Source: Promethearchaeota archaeon (GTDB lineage Archaea; Asgardarchaeota; Lokiarchaeia; Sigyniarchaeales; SOKP01). Taken from it: a stretch of DNA of 49,564 nucleotides. The stretch is from the NCBI GenBank assembly GCA_029838195.1, contig JALGVJ010000027.1:1-49564 (forward strand). Direction: 5' to 3'. This document shows, piece after piece, positions 19,615-28,933 of the stretch. The position numbers were made by a program, and so were the translations under genes. The notes below the pieces were generated by a model. The model was not told the origin of the DNA, did no database searches, and saw only the letters and a list, made by a program, of their open reading frames with translations. How positions within the stretch are numbered: position 1 is the first letter of the stretch; every line of letters begins with the position of its first letter.

Positions 19615-21087
19615 GTGATTTATGATGTCATTATTATTGGAGGCGGCGTAATCGGGTGTAGTATCGCTCGGACTCTTTCTAAATACAATCTAAAGATTGC
19701 ACTCTTAGAAAAAGAAGCAGATATTGCTTCAGGGACGACTAAAGCAAACTCAGGTGTTGTTCATGCGGGATATGCAGCAGAACGACAATATATTAAAAGA
19801 AACCTTTGCATTCGCGGGAATGAATTGTATACCCAAGCGGCAAAGGAATTAAATTTTCCTTTTAAACGAATTGGTTCTTTCGTCGTGGCGTTAGAGGATG
19901 AGCAAATAAAAGATTTGGAAGAAAAGAAGAAACAAGGAACGGAAGATGGAATTCCTGGCTTAGAAGTCATCTTGGATAAAAAAAAAATCTTAGAAATGGA
20001 GCCTAACTTAACGGATCAAGTCGTTGGCGTCTTACATGCCCCTTCTGCTGGAATTGTAAGCCCCTATGAATTAACCTTTGCGTTAGCAGAAAATGCTGCA
20101 ATGAACGGCGTTCAATTTTTCCGAAATCAAGAAGTCATTAAAATTTTGCATCGAGATTACGTGTTTACCATTCACGCGCGAGGCAGTATCTATAAATCTA
20201 ATAATCTAATCAATGCAGCGGGACTTTATGCGGATAAAATTTCTAAGATGCTGGGTTTGGATTATTTCTCGATTTTACCCAGAAAAGGCGAATATATACT
20301 ATTCGATAAAAATGCCCTTCAATTAAGTAAAATTTTATTTCCCATGCCCACGAAAGTTTCGAAAGGGATTTTAGTTTGTCCAACCGTTCACGGAAACATT
20401 TTTGTGGGTCCTAATGCCCAAAATATCACGGATATTGAGGATATTTCAACCACGGAAGCAGGATTAAAAGAAGTACTGGAAGGAGGAAGAACTTTAGTTC
20501 CAAACTTGCCATTAAGGGCGTCCATCAGAAATTTTGCCGGATTGCGTGCCGTACCAGATTCGTACGATTTCATTATTGATAATACCGACATTTATGGATT
20601 TATAAACGTCGCCGGCATTCTCTCGCCAGGTCTTACCTCTTGTTTTGCCATCGCAGAAAAAGTTGTTGATTATCTAGAATTGTTAGGGGTAGAGCTAAAA
20701 GTTAAAGAAAATTATAATCCTTATCGTCCAAAACCTGAACGATTCAAGGATTTTACCAAACAAGAACTCGATAAAAAAATTAAAGCAGATCCAAAATGGG
20801 GAAAAATTATTTGCAGGTGCGAAACCGTGTCTGAACACGAGATTATAGAAGCCATTCACGCCCCCGTAGGTGCTCGAACCATAGATGGCGTAAAATTCCG
20901 ATGCCGTCCCGGAATGGGCAGATGCCAGGGAGGCTTTTGCACTCCCCGCGTCGTCGAGATTCTCTCCCGTGAACTAAACATCCCTTATCATCAAATAACC
21001 AAACGAGGAGACGATACACATGTATTAGTAGGGCTCACGAAAGAATTTCTTTTAGAAGAAAATGAAAAGGAGGAAAAAGAAAAATGA
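19615..21087 (+). CDS. FAD-dependent glycerol-3-phosphate dehydrogenase (L2HGDH/GlpA-like) with BFD-like [2Fe-2S] domain
   Basis: IIGGGVIG, TTKANSGVVHAG, PRKGEY, SPGLT, and C-terminal CRCE...GMGRCQGGFC. Confidence 0.88.
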   Translation: MIYDVIIIGGGVIGCSIARTLSKYNLKIALLEKEADIASGTTKANSGVVHAGYAAERQYIKRNLCIRGNELYTQAAKELNFPFKRIGSFVVALEDEQIKDLEEKKKQGTEDGIPGLEVILDKKKILEMEPNLTDQVVGVLHAPSAGIVSPYELTFALAENAAMNGVQFFRNQEVIKILHRDYVFTIHARGSIYKSNNLINAAGLYADKISKMLGLDYFSILPRKGEYILFDKNALQLSKILFPMPTKVSKGILVCPTVHGNIFVGPNAQNITDIEDISTTEAGLKEVLEGGRTLVPNLPLRASIRNFAGLRAVPDSYDFIIDNTDIYGFINVAGILSPGLTSCFAIAEKVVDYLELLGVELKVKENYNPYRPKPERFKDFTKQELDKKIKADPKWGKIICRCETVSEHEIIEAIHAPVGARTIDGVKFRCRPGMGRCQGGFCTPRVVEILSRELNIPYHQITKRGDDTHVLVGLTKEFLLEENEKEEKEK

Positions 21088-22397
21088 TTCAAGAAGATGT
21101 GGATGTAGTAGTAATTGGAGGGGGCGCAGCGGGATTAGCTGCAGCAATTGAGGTTAAAAAAGCAGGATTGAGCGTGCTTATCTTGGAAAGAGATAGAGAA
21201 TTAGGAGGAATTTTGCTACAATGCATTCACAACGGATTTGGAATAAAAGAATTCAAGGAGGAATTAACGGGACCCGAATATGCTCAAAGATTCATTAATC
21301 AAGTAAAAGAACTCCAAATTCCTTTTAAAATAAATACCATGGTCATAAATATCACGGGAGACAAAAAAGTGTATGCCGTCAATGAACAAGAAGGCCTCAT
21401 GGAAATAAAAGCGAAAGCCATTATCCTTGCCATGGGTTGTCGTGAGCGAACAAGAGGTGCTATTAATATTCCAGGATTTCGCCCGGCAGGAATATTCACG
21501 GCTGGGCAAGCTCAACGATTTGTGAACATGGAAGGGTATTTACCAGGACGATCAATCGTAATATTAGGAAGTGGTGATATAGGAATGATTATGGCACGCC
21601 GGTTAACTTGGGAAGGGTGCAAGGTAAAAGCTGTTGTAGAAATATTGCCGTATGTTAGTGGTTTAATGAGAAATCAAGTTCAATGCCTTGAGGATTATAA
21701 TATCCCTTTAATCACGAGCTATACGGTCACCAAAATTCACGGTAAAGATCGCGTGAAAGGCGTCACAATTAGCAAGGTTGATAGAAATTTTGACCGCATC
21801 ATTGGCTCTGACAAGTTCATTGAATGCGATACCTTATTATTATCCGTTGGACTCATTCCTGAAAATGAACTCACTTTGCAAGCAAATGCAAAATTGTCAT
21901 CAAATGGCGGACCAGTCGTAGATAATAACTTGGAAACTACCATTGAAGGTATTTTTGCGTGTGGAAACGTTCTTCAAGTTCATGATATCGTGGATCTAGT
22001 CACGGCAGAAGCAAAACGAGCTGGAAAAAATGCCGTTGAATATATTAATAAGCGATTTGGTAAGAAAATAGAAGAAAAACGCAAGATTGAGTGCGTTCCC
22101 GGAAGAAATGTGAATTATATCAAGCCCGATTACGTAAATGTTAGTGATTTTTCTAAAGATATCATATTCACGTTTCGAGTAAGAGAACCAGGGACTCGTC
22201 AATTAATTCAAGTAAAAGATCACGAAAATAACGTGATCTATAAACGGAATAAAGTACACGTGATTCCTAGCGAAATGATAGAATTAAAACTAAATCTGGA
22301 AAAAATTAGGGTAAATCCTGAATGTGACCGATTGGAAATTGAAGTCATACCTCGCCCTGAAGTATTAATTGAAGAGGAGGTAAATAATGAGAGGTGA
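21084..22397 (+). CDS. NAD(P)/FAD-dependent oxidoreductase, partner subunit of the G3PDH module
   Basis: GGGAAG, GGILLQCIHNGFG, ELTGPEY, AMGCRER, GSGDIG, FACGNVLQVHD; ATGA overlap with the upstream gene. Confidence 0.9.
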   Translation: MIQEDVDVVVIGGGAAGLAAAIEVKKAGLSVLILERDRELGGILLQCIHNGFGIKEFKEELTGPEYAQRFINQVKELQIPFKINTMVINITGDKKVYAVNEQEGLMEIKAKAIILAMGCRERTRGAINIPGFRPAGIFTAGQAQRFVNMEGYLPGRSIVILGSGDIGMIMARRLTWEGCKVKAVVEILPYVSGLMRNQVQCLEDYNIPLITSYTVTKIHGKDRVKGVTISKVDRNFDRIIGSDKFIECDTLLLSVGLIPENELTLQANAKLSSNGGPVVDNNLETTIEGIFACGNVLQVHDIVDLVTAEAKRAGKNAVEYINKRFGKKIEEKRKIECVPGRNVNYIKPDYVNVSDFSKDIIFTFRVREPGTRQLIQVKDHENNVIYKRNKVHVIPSEMIELKLNLEKIRVNPECDRLEIEVIPRPEVLIEEEVNNER

Positions 22398-22401
22398 TTA
22401 A

Positions 22402-22797
22402 ATGATGGAAGCATGTAAAACTGACGTTATTGCCGAAATTCGATGCATCGTGTGTCCGACGGGCTGTTTGATTCAAGTAAAGAAAGATGAAGAGGGAAAT
22501 ATCACTTTTTCCGGATACGCGTGTAATCGAGGATTAGAATATGCCAAGCAAGAATTCCATGAACCAAAGAGAATTTTGACCTCGACAATGCGAGTAGAAA
22601 ATGGTTTTTTACCATTAATTCCCGTGCGATCGGATAAACCCATTTTAAAAGAAAGAATATTTGATGCGCTGAAAGAAATTGCCAAGAAAAAAGTTAAACC
22701 TCCCATACATGCAGGCGATATACTAATAGAAAATATTTTAGATTTAGGAATAAATATCATAGCAAGTCGCGATTTGGATAAAAGCCACGAGAAATAA
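22402..22797 (+). CDS. DUF1667 small Fe-S/metal-binding subunit
   Basis: CIVCPTGC...C.RG.EYA.QE..P.R.LTST; usual third gene of this module. Confidence 0.87.
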   Translation: MMEACKTDVIAEIRCIVCPTGCLIQVKKDEEGNITFSGYACNRGLEYAKQEFHEPKRILTSTMRVENGFLPLIPVRSDKPILKERIFDALKEIAKKKVKPPIHAGDILIENILDLGINIIASRDLDKSHEK

Positions 22798-22846
22798 GGA
22801 AGTAAAGAAAAAAATGAACCCGAAAGGGAATGTGGTCTAATCTATC

Positions 22847-23290
22847 ATGATTTATATCTTTAAAGTCCACGAGAATTTATATCTGGGAGGGTATTGGCCT
22901 GATTTCAACCTTCAAAAATTAAAAGAAATAGGCATTACCGCTATTGTTAATTTAATGGAAGAAAATTTATATGATCCTCGATCTCATGGTTTTTTTTATA
23001 AATATAAAGGATTTCCGGATGATTGGTATGTTCCGCACGAGTATTTGGACGAGATTCTAGAATTTATTGACACTCACGTGGAATTGGGAAAAGTTTTAGT
23101 TCATTGCGCTCGAGGCATTAGTAGGAGTGGGGGCGTCATCATTGCATGGTTAATGAAGAAATATCCACATTGGACCTGGCGTGATGCTCATGAATTTGTC
23201 AACCAATCGAGATTGGTTTTTCCCTCGATAGAGATCAAGGAATCAATTCTAGAGTATTTTGAGGCACGAGAAGGAAAGAGAAGGGAATGA
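22847..23290 (+). CDS. Dual-specificity phosphatase (DSP), copy 1
   Basis: NLYLGG, GITAIVNL, FPDD acid loop, VLVHCARGISRS (CX5R). Confidence 0.92.
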   Translation: MIYIFKVHENLYLGGYWPDFNLQKLKEIGITAIVNLMEENLYDPRSHGFFYKYKGFPDDWYVPHEYLDEILEFIDTHVELGKVLVHCARGISRSGGVIIAWLMKKYPHWTWRDAHEFVNQSRLVFPSIEIKESILEYFEAREGKRRE

Positions 23291-23399
23291 TATTTGTTTT
23301 TTAAAAGAACGGGATGATGTATAAATAATTATAAAAAACTTGGTTTTTAGATTATATGATTTAATTATTAAATTTAATTTAAGTTAGAGTAGGAGAAAT

Positions 23400-23864
23400 T
23401 TGGAAGAATTGGATGACATTCATGAGGTACACGAAAATATTTATATTGGTGCGTATTGGCCGCAATTAAACTTTAAGAAAATGAAAAAATTAGGGATTCG
23501 GGCTATAATCAATGTAATGGAAGAGAGCTATTATGATCCCCGGTCAGAGGGATTCCAATACTTGCATGAGGGGTTTCCGGATAATAAAAATATCCCTCAT
23601 GAAAGCTTAGAGAAGATTTTGGACTTCATGGATTACCATCTAAGGCGAGGGAATAAGGTTCTAATACATTGCTCTCAAGGGTTATCTCGAAGTCCTGGAG
23701 TTGCTATTGCCTGGTTATTGAAAGAACATTCTGAATGGTCTTGGAATGATGCGTTTGAGCATGTTAATCGATCTAAGCAAATATTTCCTGCCATAGAAAT
23801 ACGAAAATCGATATTGGATTATTTAGAATCTATTGAAGGATATCGTAGAGAGATTAAAAAATAA
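23400..23864 (+). CDS. Dual-specificity phosphatase (DSP), copy 2
   Basis: TTG start after AGGAG; NIYIGA, FPDN, VLIHCSQGLSRS; clearly paralogous to the upstream gene. Confidence 0.92.
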   Translation: MEELDDIHEVHENIYIGAYWPQLNFKKMKKLGIRAIINVMEESYYDPRSEGFQYLHEGFPDNKNIPHESLEKILDFMDYHLRRGNKVLIHCSQGLSRSPGVAIAWLLKEHSEWSWNDAFEHVNRSKQIFPAIEIRKSILDYLESIEGYRREIKK

Positions 23865-23974
23865 TACTTGTCATCAAGTTAATTTACATGTTTCATGATT
23901 TTTTCTATTATATTACGTGAAAAATTGATGCTCCCCTTAACTTTAGATGTAATAACAGGTTTTTTTTAAACACG

Positions 23975-26308
23975 ATGGACGGAGAAAAAAGAGTTCTTAA
24001 CGTATTAATAGCGGGCCACGCGCAAGCGGGAAAGTCGTCTCTTATAGAGGCGATTGTAGGCATCTTTCCCGATCATTTAAGTTTTGAAATCACGCGAGGT
24101 ACTACTATTACCTTGAAGGTTATTCAATTTTCCCTCCCTTCCAAAAAGATACTATTGAATTTCTTAGATAGCCCTGGGCATGCTGATTTTAAAGGAGGAA
24201 TTGCTCTGGGTTTAGAATTTGCTGATCTTTTAGTACTTGTTGTATCGGGAAAAGAAGGTTTTCAAGCAAGAACATACTGGTTATTTGAAAAAGCTACGGA
24301 AAAAAGAATCCCCATTATTATAGCAGCAACAAAAATGGATCTCCCTCAAGCTTCTATTGAAAGAATCGCTTCTCATGTTAAAACCATGTCTTCAAAACCA
24401 ATATCCATTATTCCAACTTCAGCGAAAAATAAAACGGGAATGGAAAATTTAGTGGAAAAAATCACGCTCTACATGAAAAAGCGGGAAAAAATCGATTTAG
24501 ATCCTGGTTTTATAATTTTAGGTTTTAAATATCAAAAAGGTCTGGGAGTGTTGATTAATGCCGGCTTACTCTCTGGTAGAATCGAAAGAGGTTGGTTAAC
24601 CAACGAAATTAAAATCCGGCAAATCTTTTCAATGAATAATTCTCCGCTTGTAGAAGCGAAGGAAGGGGATATCGTTTACCTTTTATTAAATATCGAAAAA
24701 AAATTTCCATTAGGCACGATTTTTAAAAAGGGCAAGTTTATTCCTCCTCTTGTTAATAGTTTATTATCGGAAATCAAACCTAGAAAAGAATTCTCCATCA
24801 AGATAAAAGAACAAGAAAAGCAAGCCATCGCAATAGAAATATTAGAACAACTAAAAACCGTTATTCCTTCTTTTGATTTTTACTCTGATAAAGACAGCAT
24901 TAATATCATGGTGTTAGGCAATTTACAATTTGATTTTATTCGAGAACAACTTGAAAATTTAATAGAATTCAAGATTATTGGCTCTAAAATTAAAGGGATC
25001 ATCACGATTAACCAAGCAAGCACGGGAAGGCACGGCTCAGCCCACGTTCGAATCATCCCTCGATGCAAGAAACTCTTGACCATTTCTAGATTAGGCGTAA
25101 AAAGTGATAAATTGCACGACCTCTTGGGAGCAACTGCTGCCTTTGAAGCATTTCACTTGGATGGATTGCACGTGGATATCTTTTCCGGAAAAAATGAGGA
25201 TGATATTGCCCAGGCAATCGTAAATGCCATTGAAAAAGTTAAAATCATTAAAATTGTTCCCCATCAAGATGTTTTAGTAAAAATAGAAAATTTTAATGCG
25301 CTAGCATCTTTAATAGAGAAATATGAAATTGAAATCCTCCATCAAACCCCCACTAAATCTTTTTTCCTCCAAATAAAGAATGAATTTTTTGAGGATTTTT
25401 TTAACGCTTTAATGAAAATATCAAAAGGAAAGGCAGAGCTTCGATTATTTAAATTTGATCAAAATGACATGATCTTATCCGTGGATCCAGGAACACGTCA
25501 TTTGGGATTTTCTTTAATTGAAAAAAATGAGCTACCTTCTCTTTGGAAGATAAATTTTAAACATGAAATTACTAATATCAAAACGCAGAAAGCCGCAAAA
25601 ATAAAGTTAAAGAAAGAACTCGATATCTTTTTAGATGCTCAAAAAGATTTCATTACCAAAATTTTCATTGGAAATGGCCCGGGTTCTCAATTCCTAATGG
25701 ATTTTTTCAAGGACTATTTTAATCTTTCTCAAGAAAAACCAAACATTAATTCAATTAATGAAAAAGAAGCAAAGCCTCCCATGAAAGAAAAACCTCTTGG
25801 ATCAAATCATTTCTCACTTTCCTTTAAACCTCCTCAGATTTATTTGGTGGATGAATATAAAACAACCAAAGAGGCCATGTATCACCTCCAAGGAGGACAC
25901 CTAATTAGTGAAGTAAAGAGCAAGGATTTCGTAGATCATGCCATCGCAGCTTTACTCATTGCCAAGAGAGGATTAAAGGGAGAAATCTTGAAAATTGAAA
26001 AAAAACCCATTCAGCAATTACAAGAATACATCATCGAACATTATACCGGCTCGTTTTCCTTTTCTCGCATGCGAGTGAATGCCTTAGAGGAGCTCAAAGC
26101 CGGAATGTACTTAAAAGTAATAGATGCTTCAAAATTAGATTCATCCCTAAAAAATGGAGATGTCATTTCATTTATTGCCATGGATCATGGCTCTAACGCT
26201 CTTCATGCTAAAAATCTTCTCGGAAATAAAATCATGGTGAAGTTTCAAGGAGGCGTGAAAATTAAAAAAGAATTTTTTAATATCCTGACCCCCGTTAAAC
26301 AAAAATAA
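23975..26308 (+). CDS. EF-G-like translational GTPase fused to a YqgF/Tex-like RNase H-fold domain
   Basis: G1 GHAQAGKS, G2 RGTTI, G3 DSPGH, G4 TKMD, G5 SAK; EF-G domain III/IV/V-like segments; then ILSVDPG, IGNG, LVDEYKTT, VDHAIAALLIA. Confidence 0.8.
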   Translation: MDGEKRVLNVLIAGHAQAGKSSLIEAIVGIFPDHLSFEITRGTTITLKVIQFSLPSKKILLNFLDSPGHADFKGGIALGLEFADLLVLVVSGKEGFQARTYWLFEKATEKRIPIIIAATKMDLPQASIERIASHVKTMSSKPISIIPTSAKNKTGMENLVEKITLYMKKREKIDLDPGFIILGFKYQKGLGVLINAGLLSGRIERGWLTNEIKIRQIFSMNNSPLVEAKEGDIVYLLLNIEKKFPLGTIFKKGKFIPPLVNSLLSEIKPRKEFSIKIKEQEKQAIAIEILEQLKTVIPSFDFYSDKDSINIMVLGNLQFDFIREQLENLIEFKIIGSKIKGIITINQASTGRHGSAHVRIIPRCKKLLTISRLGVKSDKLHDLLGATAAFEAFHLDGLHVDIFSGKNEDDIAQAIVNAIEKVKIIKIVPHQDVLVKIENFNALASLIEKYEIEILHQTPTKSFFLQIKNEFFEDFFNALMKISKGKAELRLFKFDQNDMILSVDPGTRHLGFSLIEKNELPSLWKINFKHEITNIKTQKAAKIKLKKELDIFLDAQKDFITKIFIGNGPGSQFLMDFFKDYFNLSQEKPNINSINEKEAKPPMKEKPLGSNHFSLSFKPPQIYLVDEYKTTKEAMYHLQGGHLISEVKSKDFVDHAIAALLIAKRGLKGEILKIEKKPIQQLQEYIIEHYTGSFSFSRMRVNALEELKAGMYLKVIDASKLDSSLKNGDVISFIAMDHGSNALHAKNLLGNKIMVKFQGGVKIKKEFFNILTPVKQK

Positions 26309-26487
26309 CAATTACCCTTTATCATTTCTTCTCATACTTCATGAGATTCTCATGAGTTGATGATAAATCTTCAAAAATTAAAATCTTCTTTTTACGTTTT
26401 TCCAAAAATTTTTAAGACTCATCTACGATCAATAAATTACTTAACTTGAATTTATTAATATTAAAATAAAAGACATGGGAGGATGGC

Positions 26488-26856
26488 ATGTCAGAAAATG
26501 AAAATAAATTAATGCTACTAATGGAAGAGAAAGTCATTAAATTGTTGGAAACGATTAACGGGAAATTGGATAAATTATTAGAATTAGGAGCGGCAACCAC
26601 TACTCCTTCTTTCAAAGCAGGTTCGACCACTATTATCGAACAAAGTGGGAAAAAACCATCGGAGATCGTGCATGAACAAGAAGAGGAAGAACGCTTAAAA
26701 GAAAAACCACCCGTAGAAGGACGACGAGTGTGCCCGCAATGTGGAGGAACCTCATTTAAGGAAGTAGAAGATAAATCGCAAGTAATACATCAAATGGGAG
26801 GCATGAAAATCTACGCTAAAAAGCACATCTGTCGCAATTGTGGGTTTGAGTTCTAA
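26488..26856 (+). CDS. Small protein with N-terminal coiled coil and C-terminal Zn ribbon
   Basis: GGAGG SD; LLETINGKLDKLLEL heptads; CPQC...CRNC. Confidence 0.85.
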   Translation: MSENENKLMLLMEEKVIKLLETINGKLDKLLELGAATTTPSFKAGSTTIIEQSGKKPSEIVHEQEEEERLKEKPPVEGRRVCPQCGGTSFKEVEDKSQVIHQMGGMKIYAKKHICRNCGFEF

Positions 26857-27019
26857 TCTTTACTAATGTCAATCATGCGAGTTTTTTAACTAAGGACGAG
26901 CTGAATTAGTTTTCTCATTTCTTTTTTTAAATTTAAGTGGATACAACCCTCACTTGCCCTATTGCCATGGGTTAAGTTGATAAGATATTTTTATGCCCTT
27001 TAGGTTTCTTTTTAAATTA

Positions 27020-28933
27020 TTAAAAGAATCGGGGGCGTCTATCTTTATCATAGCTCTCTCTTGTCACGTCCACCAGCTCAATTTCCTCATTATCATCCAT
27101 GTTTTCTGTCTTGTAAGGATCTTTAAATTGCATCTCATATAAGTGCTTATAAAAACCATCTTCCTTCTTAACCAGTTCCTCGTGAGAGCCTTGTTCAATA
27201 ATTTGACCTTTATCTAATACTAAAATTCTATCCGAATTGATGACCGTGGATAATCTATGAGCAATGGTAATGCTCGTTCTTCCCTTCAATAAAGTTTCAA
27301 GCGCTTGTTGTATTAATAGCTCACTAAAAGGATCAATAGAACTGGTAGCTTCATCTAATATCAGAATGGGAGGATTAGCAATTAGAGCGCGGGCAAATGA
27401 AATCAATTGACGTTGTCCTTCTGATAAGCGTGTTCCTCTCTCTCCCACTACGGTATTATATCCATTTTCAAGGCTCATGATCATGTCGTGTATTTTTATT
27501 TTTTTAGCCACCTCGTACACATCCTCATCTGAAGCATCTAACATTCCGTATTTAATGTTCTCCATGACCGTCCCCGAGAACAGAAAATTTTCCTGCAAGA
27601 CAATACCCATCAACTTTCTTAAGCTCTTTTTCTTGATATCACGTATATCATGCCCATCAATTAAAATTCTTCCTCCGGGCTCTACGTCATAAAATCTCGT
27701 TAAAAGTTTAATGAACGTGCTTTTTCCGGCTCCCGTGTAGCCTACGAGAGCTAATCTCTCCTTAGGTGCTATAGATACGTTTATATTTTTTAGAACAGGT
27801 ACTCCTTTTTCATATGAAAAATTGACGTTTTGATATTCGATTTTTCCTTCTACGTGATTCAATTCAATAGCGTCGGGTTTGTCTTTAATGGCTATTTCTT
27901 CATCTAACAGCCGAATAATTCTCGCCCCGGCGGCTAGGGAATTTTGTAAAAGGGTCACGAAAGCGATCAAAGAGAATAAGGGCTCATAGAACATGAAAAT
28001 ATAAAACATGAAGGCAACAAGCGTACCCTCAGTAGATAACCCTTGTCGGATTAATATCCCCGCAGTTAAGAACAAGGCAGCGAATCCACTCGTAATTACT
28101 AAGATCATGGTGCCCGGAATGAACGCCATGAGCTTGGCGGCTTTCATGGTTGCTTTTCGCTCCCATTCCGTTGCCTCATTAAATCGTTGATAATTCTCAT
28201 CTTCTACGGAAAAAGCTTGAATGATTCGCATCCCCATGATGGATTCATCCAAAATACTGGTTACATTTGAAACTTTTTCCCGAAGTTCATTAAAATACCT
28301 TCTTGCTTTTCTAAATAAGGTGCCTCCAATTAATAAAAAAACGGGGATAATTGAAAAGACGATTAACGTTAGCAAGGGGCTCAAGATTAACATGAAAAAA
28401 ACGGCTCCAAAAATCAGAAAAAAATTACTTACTGCTACGAGCATTCCGGATTGGATCAACTCGTTAATAGTTTCGATGTCTCCGGTTAAATAATTAATCT
28501 TTTTTCCGGCCGTTTTATCCTTGCGATGGTGATAATCCAATCCTAATTCGAGAAATTTAGTGAACATGCGTTCTCTTAAATTATACATGGTAATGATGGC
28601 AATCTTTTGAACAATATATCCTTGAGCAATACGTGTTATGACACCTGCGATGGTCATGAAAAAAAATAAAAATCCTAAATAAACTACGATATCAATATTT
28701 CCTTCACTTGATTGTCCCCCCCCTAATCCTTCATCGATAAACGCCCTGAAAATGAGAGGTGTGAACCAGGAAAACAGTACGTTCAAGAGCATGATAATGC
28801 TAAGGGGAATCATTAATCGCTTATTGCCTAATCCGATATATTGAAATAAGCGTCTTAATACTTTTAAAACGGACATATCCTTCATGGTTTCCTCAAGATC
28901 TTCTTGATCTTGAACGTACATAGCTGAACTCAT
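27020..28933 (-). CDS. Heterodimeric ABC exporter subunit (TMD-NBD; canonical Walker B and H-loop, degenerate signature)
   Basis: Six-TM region; GYTGAGKS, LSEGQRQ, ILDEATS, IAHRL. Confidence 0.95.
   Translation of the reverse strand: MSSAMYVQDQEDLEETMKDMSVLKVLRRLFQYIGLGNKRLMIPLSIIMLLNVLFSWFTPLIFRAFIDEGLGGGQSSEGNIDIVVYLGFLFFFMTIAGVITRIAQGYIVQKIAIITMYNLRERMFTKFLELGLDYHHRKDKTAGKKINYLTGDIETINELIQSGMLVAVSNFFLIFGAVFFMLILSPLLTLIVFSIIPVFLLIGGTLFRKARRYFNELREKVSNVTSILDESIMGMRIIQAFSVEDENYQRFNEATEWERKATMKAAKLMAFIPGTMILVITSGFAALFLTAGILIRQGLSTEGTLVAFMFYIFMFYEPLFSLIAFVTLLQNSLAAGARIIRLLDEEIAIKDKPDAIELNHVEGKIEYQNVNFSYEKGVPVLKNINVSIAPKERLALVGYTGAGKSTFIKLLTRFYDVEPGGRILIDGHDIRDIKKKSLRKLMGIVLQENFLFSGTVMENIKYGMLDASDEDVYEVAKKIKIHDMIMSLENGYNTVVGERGTRLSEGQRQLISFARALIANPPILILDEATSSIDPFSELLIQQALETLLKGRTSITIAHRLSTVINSDRILVLDKGQIIEQGSHEELVKKEDGFYKHLYEMQFKDPYKTENMDDNEEIELVDVTRESYDKDRRPRFF

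Noticed and set aside
23975-26308. Calling the GTPase canonical aEF-2, SelB or aIF5B
   Set aside because: No G' region or diphthamide loop, the C-terminal domains do not fit SelB or IF2, and it carries an extra RNase H-like module
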